In this document: piece by piece, positions 1 through 8,443 of the stretch
Position numbering within the stretch: position 1 is the stretch's first letter
Layout: each line of letters starts with the position of its first letter
From: an uncultured Alphaproteobacteria bacterium
GTDB lineage: Bacteria; Pseudomonadota; Alphaproteobacteria; Rhizobiales; Beijerinckiaceae
Assembly (NCBI GenBank): GCA_963784805.1
Contig: CAWASR010000030.1
Span: 9,052-73,051, forward strand
Direction of reading: 5' to 3'
Length of the DNA: 64,000 nt
Position numbers and translations under genes: made by a program
Notes under the pieces: generated by a model
What the model was told of the DNA's origin: nothing
The model's database searches: none
The model's input: only the letters and a program-made list of their open reading frames with translations

Positions 1-23
1 GAGTTATGAAGGGGCGGGCGTGA

Positions 24-1445
24 TTGGCGGAGCGTTTGCGAGGCTCGGCCTCGCCGCCCGGATCGGGTTCGCGATCGTGGCGGCGGTCGTCGCAATTCAG
101 GTTCTTAGTGACGCTCGTATTTCTGTTGAATCTGTCCGCCCTTCCTCCTTTCTACAGCGCCCGCTGGCTGAGCGCCGAGGTCGTCGATATCGTCAAGCGC
201 GCAATGTCAGGAGAAGCGGCTTCAAACGGCGTTCCGACGAATGTCCGCGATGCGGGAGTTCTCGCCGTCCGTGTCGATCACACGCCGCCTCGTCTTGAGT
301 TCCGCGACCCGCCCTGGCCGCTCGACCGAGTGCTGGCCACGGTTCGGAGCCGGCTTGGCGGCGACGCAGAGACCGCCTCCATCGAAGCGGCCGGGTCGGG
401 ACCGTGGGGCGAATCTCTTCCGGTCGTGCCGCCTGACGCTTTCTTAACGCTTCAGCGCGGTCCTCTCCGGTCTGGAGAGGACGTGTTGACGCCTCCGACA
501 TTCCAGATCGTCGTGAATCTCCACGACGGCCGCTGGCTCACGATCGAGCCGAGCGACGCGCCGGCGCACAGACGGCTGATCCAATCCCTCGCCTTCATAT
601 TCGCGGGGACGCTGGTTGTCGCGGCGATAGCAGTTCTTACGGCGCGCAGTCTCACCGCCCCTCTATCCGCGCTGGCGACAGCAGCGGACACGCTCGGGCG
701 GTCGCGCGAAATCACCGAGACGCGCCGTCCCTCAATCCCGGAGTTCGCGGCCATTCACGATGCATTCGTCATCATGCAAAAGCGTCTCAAGCGTTTTGTG
801 GACGAACGCACCCTGATGCTCGCTGCGATCTCTCACGATCTTCGCACGCCGTTGGCGCGGCTCAGGCTGCAGGCGGAATTCATTTCGGACGGGGAGTTGC
901 GCGGAGGCATGCTCGCCAACATCGACGCGATGCGGGACATGTTGGCGGATACGCTGAGCTTCGCCGGCGCGGACGCAGCTTCCGAATCATCAGCCTCCAT
1001 CGACCTTGCGTCCATTCTCATCAGTCTGTGCGACGAAACGTCCGACGCGGGCGCGAAGGTCGAGTACGACGGGTGGAATCACGCGACGGTGTGCGGCAGA
1101 CGAAGCGCGATCCGGCGAATGTTCGCGAATTTGATCGACAACGCGGTCCGCTACGGCGGCGCAGCGCGCGTCTCGCTCGATAAACGGCAGAATGATTGGA
1201 TCGTGACCGTAGCCGACGATGGACCAGGAATCCCTTCGGAGCTGTTCGAAAAGGCTTTCGAACCGTTCCAAAGGCTGGAATCCTCTCGCAACCGAGAGAC
1301 AGGCGGCACGGGGATCGGCTTGTCGATTGCGCGTGACATCGCGCTCGCGCACGGCGGCCGGATCACGCTCGCCAACGCTCCTGGGGGGGAGGGAGGCCTT
1401 ATCGTCACCGTTCTGCTTCCGAAGGAGGCGGCAGGGGCAGCTTGA
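24..1445 (+). CDS. Two-component sensor histidine kinase (TM-HAMP-HisKA-HATPase_c, EnvZ/BaeS-like)
   Basis: H-box AISHDLRTPLARL. ATPase boxes DNAVRYG, DDGPGIP and GTGIGLSIA. Second TM LAFIFAGTLVVAAIAVL followed by a HAMP-like linker. The N-terminus is uncertain: the listed TTG-24 start gives an R/S/G-rich, junk-like leader, while frame 20 reads a plausible hydrophobic N-terminus (see findings). Confidence 0.85.
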   Translation: MAERLRGSASPPGSGSRSWRRSSQFRFLVTLVFLLNLSALPPFYSARWLSAEVVDIVKRAMSGEAASNGVPTNVRDAGVLAVRVDHTPPRLEFRDPPWPLDRVLATVRSRLGGDAETASIEAAGSGPWGESLPVVPPDAFLTLQRGPLRSGEDVLTPPTFQIVVNLHDGRWLTIEPSDAPAHRRLIQSLAFIFAGTLVVAAIAVLTARSLTAPLSALATAADTLGRSREITETRRPSIPEFAAIHDAFVIMQKRLKRFVDERTLMLAAISHDLRTPLARLRLQAEFISDGELRGGMLANIDAMRDMLADTLSFAGADAASESSASIDLASILISLCDETSDAGAKVEYDGWNHATVCGRRSAIRRMFANLIDNAVRYGGAARVSLDKRQNDWIVTVADDGPGIPSELFEKAFEPFQRLESSRNRETGGTGIGLSIARDIALAHGGRITLANAPGGEGGLIVTVLLPKEAAGAA

Positions 1446-1453
1446 TCTACTAA

Positions 1454-1810
1454 GGGCCGGTCAGGAATCAACTGCTTTGAAATGTGGGGGGTTGAAGGGG
1501 CGATTGTGTAGTTCCATTCGCCGTGGAAATCGGCGTGCTGAATGTTGAGGCTTCGCGTGGCGTCCGAGGAAATCGCGCACGCGCGCTTCCTCCGGGTCGC
1601 CCTGCTTGCGCCACTCGCGGCCTCAGCCCCGCGCAGGATTTCCGATTTCGGTGACACGCCCTCCTTTACCTGATTGCAGTCTCGGATCGAAGGCGCAGCC
1701 GGTCGAATCGAATTGGTAAAGACGGGCCTGCCGCCGTAATTCCCCCCGCGTCGCGGGAAAACAAGTGAAGCGCCGCCACTGACCCGACCAAGTCTTGCTC
1801 GCAGGCGGCC
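1454..1810 (-). pseudogene. Degenerate C-terminal remnant of an ISAzo13-family (DDE_Tnp_ISAZ013-like) transposase
   Basis: The minus-strand frame reads ...GNYGGRPVFTNSI...GVSPKSE...SLNIQHADFHGEWNYTIAP. This resembles the conserved ...NWRGRPL...FHGEWNYT... tail of ISAzo13 transposases (recalled from memory). An upstream piece, LHLFSR, lies in another frame. There is no intact N-terminal DDE region and no IRs. Confidence 0.45.
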
Positions 1811-2041
1811 GGCGAGCGGATCGCCGCATGACTTGGGATCGTCTCCCCGGCGGGGTCGTATATTTCCGAATCGGCCGCGCAATTCCCCTGCGTCCTGGCG
1901 TTGGATTCACTGTGACGAAGGTCACAGCGAAAGCTCGCCGTTGCGTGTAACGTCTCAGCAATAAGGTGTGGCGGCCACAGCCGGGGCGCACAGGAGACGC
2001 GCCGCCGGCGGCGCGGCCAGCCCAAGAACGGAGACGCCTTC

Positions 2042-2248
2042 ATGACCAAGATCGAGAAAGACGCGGGCTTCTACCGCGACGATCTGGCCGACGATCGGAA
2101 CTTTCGGCCCATGACCATCGCTCTGTTTGCGATTGTCGTGGTTTGGGCGCTGGTTTATTTGCTCGGCGGCGCAACCGATAAACTGAGCACGAACGCCGGG
2201 GCGCGACCGGATCATTCGAATTCCGCATATTTGGTGGCTGAGGACTGA
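2042..2248 (+). CDS. Small hypothetical membrane protein (68 aa, one predicted TM)
   Basis: ATG preceded by GGAGA 7 nt upstream. GC3-rich codons. Hydrophobic segment MTIALFAIVVVWALVYLLGG. I recognise no family. Confidence 0.4.
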   Translation: MTKIEKDAGFYRDDLADDRNFRPMTIALFAIVVVWALVYLLGGATDKLSTNAGARPDHSNSAYLVAED

Positions 2249-2493
2249 TTCCCGACCCCCGTTCGAGTCGGGGACCGAACGCCCGTCGAGGTGAAAGACA
2301 GGTCTCGAACGTGCGGGCTGAACGGGCGGCGAGTCGCCGTTTGGACGCGCGGGAGGCCTTTGCGCAGCGCCCGGCCCGGATGTGAGGCCGATGACCGGCT
2401 TGCAGGCTGGCGTCGACACCGAAGCGTTCGGCAAAAGCGCAGGCCGCGCCGCATCCGCCGGGCGGCGCGGCGCTGCTTGCCCTGGCCGGCGTC

Positions 2494-3174
2494 CTATTGC
2501 TGTTGCTGCTTGGCTTTGCCGATCCTGCTCTTGGAGGCGCGGTCGCCGGCGGCGTTGGCGTCCGCCTCGCACATATAGGCGCCGCGCTTGGTCGTGCCGT
2601 AGCTGTGCGTTCCCGCGTAATGATAAATGTGCGATTTCGTGTTCACCCACACCACCGTGTCCGAGGGGCAGCGCGCCTTGGCCTCGGCCTCGGTCGAGAA
2701 TTGACCGGCGCCGGTCGGACGCGCGGCCCTGCGCATCGGAGCCGGGGCGGGCGCAGGCGCGGCGGTCGACGCGGGCGCGGCGGCGGGGGCCGACGCCGGA
2801 GCCGGAGCCGCGGCGGTCCGGGCGCGGCACGACTTCAGGAACTCCCGCCATGTCTGGCCGTTGGTCGTGTTGTTCGCCTTGGCCGCCTGCCACTCGGCGC
2901 CGCACCGCTTCATGACGCTCTCGCCGCGCTCGGCGGCGGGCGCGGGAGCTGCGGCGGGGGCTGACGCCGGGGCCTCGGCAATCCGTGCGCGGCAGGACTT
3001 CAGGAACTCCGGCCATGTCTGGCCGTTGGTCGTGTTGTTCGCCTTGGCCGCCTGCCACTCGGCGCCGCACTGCTTCATGACGCTCTCGGCGCGCGCGGCG
3101 CCGGTCATCGCCAAGCCTATGGCGGCGGCGAACAGAAAGGCCGAAAACACGGCGCTGCAAGACCTGTTCTTCAT
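2494..3174 (-). CDS. Secreted protein with two PsiF-like Cys-containing repeats and a conserved C-terminal Cys domain
   Basis: Start taken at ATG 3174, which gives the signal peptide MKNRSCSAVFSAFLFAAAIGLAMTGAARA. ESVMK(Q/R)CGAEWQAAKANNTTNGQTW(P/R)EFLKSCRAR occurs twice, followed by an Ala/Pro linker and then ...RCPSDTVVWVNTKSHIYHYAGTHSYGTTKRGAYMCEADA. The listed 297-aa ORF has an implausible N-terminal extension. Confidence 0.75.
   Translation of the reverse strand: MKNRSCSAVFSAFLFAAAIGLAMTGAARAESVMKQCGAEWQAAKANNTTNGQTWPEFLKSCRARIAEAPASAPAAAPAPAAERGESVMKRCGAEWQAAKANNTTNGQTWREFLKSCRARTAAAPAPASAPAAAPASTAAPAPAPAPMRRAARPTGAGQFSTEAEAKARCPSDTVVWVNTKSHIYHYAGTHSYGTTKRGAYMCEADANAAGDRASKSRIGKAKQQQQ
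2831..3087. repeat. Internal tandem duplication, 165-bp period, two ~92-bp near-identical cores
   Basis: gacttcaggaactcc(c/g)gccatgtctggccgttggtcgtgttgttcgccttggccgcctgccactcggcgccgcac(c/t)gcttcatgacgctctc occurs at 2831-2922 and again at 2996-3087. Each copy encodes one PsiF-like repeat. Confidence 0.85.
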
Positions 3175-3506
3175 GGCGGGTCCCCTCGATATGTCCCTGG
3201 CGCCCAACCTCGACTCGGGGCCGAAATCCTTAAGAGCCCAGCGGATCGCGGAGCCCCGCCGTTCCATGCCGGCGTTCCTCTGAACCCGACATGAACGCGC
3301 CATGACTTTCATAGGATCGACCCTGGTTAAAGGGTCCAGTCCGGCTAAGCAAGATTTCCGAAAGACGGGCCGCCGATTCTTCGACAAGCGTCCCCGGCGT
3401 CGGTTGGGCGCCCCGACTGGCCTGTCGCAAAACGGTCACGCGCATCCTTGACATTCCCGTGCTCCGTTCTGCTTATCTTGTGGCCAACCCGGGAGATCTC
3501 ATCGCC

Positions 3507-4460
3507 ATGAGCGCAGAAAAAAGCGGTCTCGCCGGCGTGGCGAGGCAGCGCATCCGGGCCGAATTGCAGGACAATTTCGACGAGGACCTGGAGCTTGAAC
3601 TCGAGGACGGCTATCTCGCCGACGACTTGGGCGACATCCACGAAGCGGCGCAAGAAGGGACGATCCCGCGGCGTCTTTATTTCAAGGAGCTGCTGCGCCT
3701 GCAGCGCGAGCTCATCAAGCTTCAGGATTGGGTCGTCGCCGAGAAGCTAAAACTGGTCGTCATCTTCGAGGGGCGGGACGCGGCGGGCAAGGGCGGCGTC
3801 ATCAAGCGGGTTATGCAGCGTCTCAATCCGCGGGTCTGCCGCGCCGTGGCGCTGCCGGCGCCGACCGAACGCGAGCGCAGCCAATGGTATTTCCAGCGCT
3901 ATGTCCCCCATCTGCCGGCCGGCGGCGAGATCGTCCTGTTCGACCGCAGCTGGTACAACCGCGCCGGCGTCGAGCGCGTGATGGGCTTCTGCTCCGACGA
4001 GGAATACGAGGACTTCTTCCGTTCCGTTCCCGAATTCGAACGCCTTCTGGCGCGCTCGGGGATCATCCTGGTCAAATACTGGTTCTCGATCACCGACGAT
4101 GAACAGAACCTGCGCTTCCAGATGCGCATCAACGATCCGCTCAAACAATGGAAGCTCAGCCCGATGGACCTCGAGTCGCGTCGGCGCTGGGAGCTGTACA
4201 CCAAGGCCAAGGAGACAATGCTGGAGCGCACCCACATCCCCGAGGCGCCGTGGTGGGTGGTCGAGGCGGTCGACAAGAAGCGCGCCCGCCTCAACTGCAT
4301 CGCCCATCTCTTGACCCGCGTGCCCTATGAGGAAGTGCCGCACGAAAAGCCGGTCCTTCCGACGCGCGTTCACCATCCCGAGTACCACCGGATGCCCACC
4401 CCGGCGGCCATGATCGTGCCCGATCATTGCGCGGCCATCGCGCCCGAAGCGGCGGAGTGA
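3507..4460 (+). CDS. ppk2: Polyphosphate kinase 2 (PPK2 family)
   Basis: Motifs GRDAAGKGGVIKR, ERSQWYFQRY and LFDRSWYNRAGVERVMGF. ATG 3507 (GGGAGA 10 nt upstream) is preferred over GTG 3459, because a perfect TTGACA sits at 3448-3453, just upstream of GTG 3459. Confidence 0.9.
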   Translation: MSAEKSGLAGVARQRIRAELQDNFDEDLELELEDGYLADDLGDIHEAAQEGTIPRRLYFKELLRLQRELIKLQDWVVAEKLKLVVIFEGRDAAGKGGVIKRVMQRLNPRVCRAVALPAPTERERSQWYFQRYVPHLPAGGEIVLFDRSWYNRAGVERVMGFCSDEEYEDFFRSVPEFERLLARSGIILVKYWFSITDDEQNLRFQMRINDPLKQWKLSPMDLESRRRWELYTKAKETMLERTHIPEAPWWVVEAVDKKRARLNCIAHLLTRVPYEEVPHEKPVLPTRVHHPEYHRMPTPAAMIVPDHCAAIAPEAAE

Positions 4461-4806
4461 GCGGCGACGGCGAGGGCGGATCGGACGCCCGGCCTTCGAG
4501 GAGGCCCCGATCAACCGCCCGCGCCAGCCTGGGGTCATGGGTTGCGGTTGCGGAACGGCGGCTAGCGATCCCGTCGGGCAAGTCCCGCCGCACGATCCGA
4601 CTCGCCCTAAAAATTCCTGCCGAAGGCGACGTTTGCTTGCTGAAAAACCGAACCTGCGTTAGGATCGCCTTCGTGACGAACCCGGCGCCGCTTGCCCTGC
4701 CGACGGCGGGGCGGGTTTGGTGGGGGGCAAGGAGCCGGGGAGAAAAAAATCATTTGGATTCGCGACTAAACCCTTGAAAAGGCTCAATTGGCGGAAGGGA
4801 ATCATT

Positions 4807-4890
4807 TGGATTTCGTTTCCGCTGGCTTGGATTCCGTTTCCGCTGGCTTGGGTTTCGTTTCCTTCGGCTTGGATTCCGTTTCCGCCGGGG
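4807..4890. repeat. Four tandem 21-bp units (consensus tggattccgtttccgctggct) in a convergent intergenic region
   Basis: Units at 4807-4827, 4828-4848, 4849-4869 and 4870-4890 have 1-5 mismatches each. They are contiguous with no spacers. Confidence 0.9.
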
Positions 4891-5030
4891 GCGGCCGGCG
4901 AAGGCCTGCGCCAAGGCTCCCCGATCGCGACCTGTCATGACAGGGGAGGTTTCATCGCACAATGAGTCAGGCCCGGACGGCTTCAGTATTAATCCGACGG
5001 GAAGCCGAATTGTCCAAGCCAAAGCCGACT

Positions 5031-5438
5031 TCAGGAGGACGTCTCGAAAAGTCGGAGCATGGGAAGGGGTATTCGCGCCGGACGGCTTTCGCGAAGCGCC
5101 GCCACGAGCACCGTCGCGGCGACGATTTCTTTTTCGGCGCGCAAGATCCGTTGCCGGAATTCAATCGAGGCGCCGCGCAACTTCGACAATTTTGTTTCGA
5201 CTGCCAGCAGATCATCCATCAGCGCCGGCGCAAGATATTCGATTTGCAATCTGCGCACCGCGAATACGACGCCGGTGGTTTCGGCGATCTGTTGGTGCGA
5301 GAGTCCGAGCCGGCGAAGCCACTCCGTTCGCGCGCGCTCGAGGAATCGCAGGTACGACGCATGGTAGACGCGACCTGAGAAGTCGGTGTCTTCATAGTAG
5401 ACGCGAACCGCCAATGAATCGATGAGGGGACGCGTCAT
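5031..5438 (-). CDS. Acyl-CoA thioesterase, 4HBT/YbgC family
   Basis: Real start is at ATG 5438: MTRPLIDSLAVRVYYEDTDFSGRVYHASYLRFLERARTEWLR. The YYEDTD...VYHA hot-dog motif is present. The listed 458-aa ORF is an artefactual upstream extension. Confidence 0.85.
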   Translation of the reverse strand: MTRPLIDSLAVRVYYEDTDFSGRVYHASYLRFLERARTEWLRRLGLSHQQIAETTGVVFAVRRLQIEYLAPALMDDLLAVETKLSKLRGASIEFRQRILRAEKEIVAATVLVAALRESRPARIPLPMLRLFETSS

Positions 5439-5582
5439 CTTCTCTACCTCCGCGGATTGGAAGGACCGGCTGGCGCGCCTGCTTGCCCGCCCTCCGGCAA
5501 ATGGCTCTGGCTCTCGGTTCCGGCATGCGGGCGCAGGCCGTTTCGCTTTGACCGCCCGTTTCGAGGATGATATCGGCCCGCG

Positions 5583-6545
5583 ATGCGAATTGTCTTCATG
5601 GGCGCGCCGGAATTCGCCGTTCCGACGATGAAGGAGATCGTCGCAGAAGGACACGTTGTCGCCGCGGTCTATACGCGCGCCCCGAAACCGGGCGGCCGCC
5701 GCGGCTTGGAGATGAAGCGAACGCCGGTTCATCAGGCGGCGGATTCGCTCGGAATCCCGGTTTTCACCCCGACAACGCTGAGCGACGCCGATACGCTGGG
5801 AGTCTTTCGCGGCCACGCGGCCGACGTGGCCGTCGTCGTCGCCTATGGACTTCTGTTGCCAAGCCCCGTCCTGGAGGCGCCGGCTCTGGGTTGTGTGAAT
5901 TTGCACGCCTCGTTGCTGCCGCGCTGGCGCGGCGCGGCGCCGATACAGCGGGCGATCATGGCCGGCGACGCATTGACCGGCGTCGATTTCATGCGCATCG
6001 ATTCGGGCCTCGACACCGGACCGGTCGCGCTGCGCGAGACGACCCGGATTCGGCCAGAGGACACTGCCGGGGATCTCTCCCATCGTCTCGCCGAAATCGC
6101 GGCCAAACTGACGGCAAGGGGGCTGCGCGCAATGGAGGCGGGTCGGCTGGAGTTTCGCCGACAGTCGAGCGTGGGGATTTGTTACGCGGGCAAGATCCGC
6201 AAAGACGAAGCCCAGATCGATTGGCGGCGAGCCGCCGAAGAGGTTCGCAACCATATCCACGGGCTGTCGCCGACCCCGGGCGCGTTCTCCAGCCTTTCCA
6301 TCGGCGGTCGGCTGGAGCGGATCAAGGTGTTTCGAGCCGAGGCCGTCGGCGCATCCGGCGCTCCGGGAACTGTCCTCGATTGCGCTATGACAATCGCCTG
6401 CGGCCAAGGCGCGATACGCATCCTCGAAGCGCAGCGGGCGGGCAGGAACGCAATGACCGGAGCGGAACTTGTTCGCGGCGAAAAGGGCCTTGTCGGCGCA
6501 GTTTTTGCGCCTTCCGCGGAGCCGACGGCTACGCCGGGCGCGTAA
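5583..6545 (+). CDS. fmt: Methionyl-tRNA formyltransferase
   Basis: MRIVFMGAPEFAVP..., HASLLPRWRGAAPIQRAI, and a C-terminal Fmt domain. Length 320 aa. Confidence 0.93.
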   Translation: MRIVFMGAPEFAVPTMKEIVAEGHVVAAVYTRAPKPGGRRGLEMKRTPVHQAADSLGIPVFTPTTLSDADTLGVFRGHAADVAVVVAYGLLLPSPVLEAPALGCVNLHASLLPRWRGAAPIQRAIMAGDALTGVDFMRIDSGLDTGPVALRETTRIRPEDTAGDLSHRLAEIAAKLTARGLRAMEAGRLEFRRQSSVGICYAGKIRKDEAQIDWRRAAEEVRNHIHGLSPTPGAFSSLSIGGRLERIKVFRAEAVGASGAPGTVLDCAMTIACGQGAIRILEAQRAGRNAMTGAELVRGEKGLVGAVFAPSAEPTATPGA

Positions 6546-6571
6546 GCCTCAATTCGTCCTCCGTCTGGAAT

Positions 6572-6880
6572 TCAGTCCCTGCAGGTAATGAAGTAGGGCT
6601 TCGAAACGGTTGACGACACTTTCGAAACAGCGACGCCGCCATTTCCCGCCAGACCAAACTTAATTGCGGTCCCGTCGCCATGAGACTCACACCAGGCGTC
6701 CGCGACTGCTTTCCCGCACTCGCCGCCCTCGCTGAGGCAATCCTCGACTCCATACCCCGTCTCGGCCGCGATGACGAAGGTGCGCGGTTCCTGCGCCCGA
6801 CTTTTCTCGGAAGCGACGGCGCCGAAACCGAAGACGAAAATCAGGAGAAGGGCGTTGGGCATAATTTTCAGGGGAGGCAT
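6572..6880 (-). CDS. Small secreted Cys-containing hypothetical protein
   Basis: Signal-like MPNALLLIFVFGFGAVASE, then a region with four Cys. The start is ambiguous (TTG 6910, ATG 6880 or ATG 6862). No family recognised. Confidence 0.5.
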   Translation of the reverse strand: MPPLKIMPNALLLIFVFGFGAVASEKSRAQEPRTFVIAAETGYGVEDCLSEGGECGKAVADAWCESHGDGTAIKFGLAGNGGVAVSKVSSTVSKPYFITCRD

Positions 6881-7020
6881 GAAGACGCTCGCGGGAATGA
6901 ACGAATGCAACTGGAATTGTCAAATCCATCTTCATCCGATCCGCTTAAATGGACGGTTAATGCTCTGGCCCCTCGGCGCCGAATATGAGCGCTGTCCGCC
7001 TGCGGCCTCGGAAGCAATGT

Positions 7021-8292
7021 TCAGGATATGCCGCTCTTTGCAATCCCAAGGAGCCCTCTGGTGACGCTGCCATCCTTCGGCAGGATTGGAATCAGGCACG
7101 CCTGCAACGAATGATAAATGTCGACCTTCCCGAAAAACGGATCCGAGCTCGGCCTTAGAGCGTTGTCGACCTGGGCTCGCCAGCCTCCGTTCTGGCGATC
7201 GATAAATCGCGCGGCTATGAAGCTCCATATTCGCCGGTACCAGGCTTCGTAGACTTGGTCGCCGTCGACCGCGTTTAGAAAGGCGGCCGCCCCAATTCCT
7301 TCGCAGCACGGCCACCAATAGCGATCTCTGATGCGCGGAAGGCCCTCCCAATCGAGCGTATAGTAGAAGCCGCCAGAGTCGCGGTCCCATCCGTCCTCGG
7401 CCGCGCGGGCGAAAAGCGCCTTGGAGGCGCTCGGAAGCCATTCCAGCTTGCGGCCGCCAAGTTCCCACAGCTGGATCAGGAGGCGCGACCATTCGAGCCA
7501 GTGGCCGGGCGTCGTGCCATAGGGACGAAACATCGGACTGCCGCCATAGTCCCGATTCACCTGCCAATCGGCGGTGAAATGCTCGGGGAGCCGCCAATCA
7601 TTTTCGGCGGCGCGGCGGCGGATGATAAGATCGGCAATCCGCTCGGCCATGCGCAGGTAAGTCGAATCGTTCGTCGCCTCGAAAGCCGCCATGAGCGCTT
7701 CGGTCAGATGCATGTTGGAGTTTTGGCCGCGGTACGAATCATACGAACGCCAGTCGCGTGTGAATTCTTCCGCGGCCGCGCCGTGCCGCTCCTCCCAGAA
7801 TCGCTCGCGGATGACGGTCGATATGTCGGTGAGGAGTTGGTCTGCGTCCGGATGGCCAGCGACTTTGGCGCTCGACGCGGCGAGAAGGACGAATGCATGG
7901 CCGTAGGCCTGTTTGGCGTCGTCCGTTGGCCCGCCGTAACCGACGCCCCATAGGTATCCGCCATTATCGGGGTCGCGGTGACCGTTCCACAGAAAATCCA
8001 TCCCATGGTCGACGATGAGGTCCGCGCCCGGCCGGCCCATCAGGCATGCGATGGCGAAGGCGTGAACTATTCTTGTCGTTGCAAACAGATAACGGGCGGG
8101 CGGGCCTCCGGCGCCGTAGCCTGGCGGCGTCGGTTCCCCCTCGTCGTCGAGATCGTGGAAGCCGCCCAGCGGATTAACGATGTTTCGCTCGAAAAATGCG
8201 AAGAGGTCGTCCGCTTGCTGAAGGAGCCAGGCGCGGTGGCTCGGCAGGTTCACCCACCGGGCGCCCGGCGGGCTAATGGCGAAGGAGGACAT
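7021..8292 (-). CDS. AGE-family (N-acylglucosamine 2-epimerase-like) epimerase/isomerase
   Basis: Alpha/alpha-toroid-type repeats. ...GGFHDLDDEGEP..., ...TTPGHWLEWSRLLIQLWELGG..., typical of PF07221-like proteins. 423 aa. Confidence 0.8.
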   Translation of the reverse strand: MSSFAISPPGARWVNLPSHRAWLLQQADDLFAFFERNIVNPLGGFHDLDDEGEPTPPGYGAGGPPARYLFATTRIVHAFAIACLMGRPGADLIVDHGMDFLWNGHRDPDNGGYLWGVGYGGPTDDAKQAYGHAFVLLAASSAKVAGHPDADQLLTDISTVIRERFWEERHGAAAEEFTRDWRSYDSYRGQNSNMHLTEALMAAFEATNDSTYLRMAERIADLIIRRRAAENDWRLPEHFTADWQVNRDYGGSPMFRPYGTTPGHWLEWSRLLIQLWELGGRKLEWLPSASKALFARAAEDGWDRDSGGFYYTLDWEGLPRIRDRYWWPCCEGIGAAAFLNAVDGDQVYEAWYRRIWSFIAARFIDRQNGGWRAQVDNALRPSSDPFFGKVDIYHSLQACLIPILPKDGSVTRGLLGIAKSGIS

Positions 8293-8443
8293 GATGAACG
8301 TCCAGGATCGAGTTTGGCGCGGTCGACATTAGCGATCGTGGCGCAAGAGCGCTTGACTGACGAGATGACGCCACGGAAATCCGGGCGCCCTTGATTGGTT
8401 CGGCCTATACCGGCAATGAGGGACCGTGGCCAGCGGACAGGCG

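Noticed and set aside
1955-3160. 401-aa minus-strand ORF overlapping the small membrane-protein gene and the PsiF-like gene
   Set aside because: Its composition is Arg/Gly/Pro/Ala-rich with no recognisable domain. It is a different-frame read-through of the repeat-containing gene region. Long shadow ORFs of this kind are typical in high-GC DNA.
3448-3479. Sigma70-type promoter for ppk2 (perfect TTGACA at 3448-3453)
   Set aside because: The possible -10 hexamers (GCTTAT, CTTATC, TATCTT) are poor matches or at 18-20 bp spacing. I used it only as weak support for the ATG 3507 start and did not list it as a feature.
4560-4745. tmRNA, SRP RNA or 6S RNA in the ppk2 / thioesterase spacer
   Set aside because: I could not find the alphaproteobacterial tag-peptide coding motif (ANDN...), an SRP domain-IV motif, or a 6S-like architecture by eye. 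Only a generic long-loop hairpin is present. A covariance-model scan (Rfam/Infernal) would be needed.
4807-4890. CRISPR array
   Set aside because: The repeats are only 21 bp and directly abut each other with no spacers. No cas genes are present in the window.
4931-4944. Pho-box interpretation of CCTGTCATGACAGG, given the neighbouring ppk2
   Set aside because: It contains CTGTCAT half-sites, but they are inverted and overlapping rather than direct repeats with 11-bp phasing. The site lies downstream of both flanking genes, so it cannot act as their promoter element.
4750-5022. 90-aa ORF with RKRNPSQ heptad repeats running through the 21-bp tandem array
   Set aside because: It has a TTG start with no Shine-Dalgarno sequence and an N-terminus with no features. 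The repeat reads equally 'well' in all three frames, so it is treated as non-coding repeat DNA.
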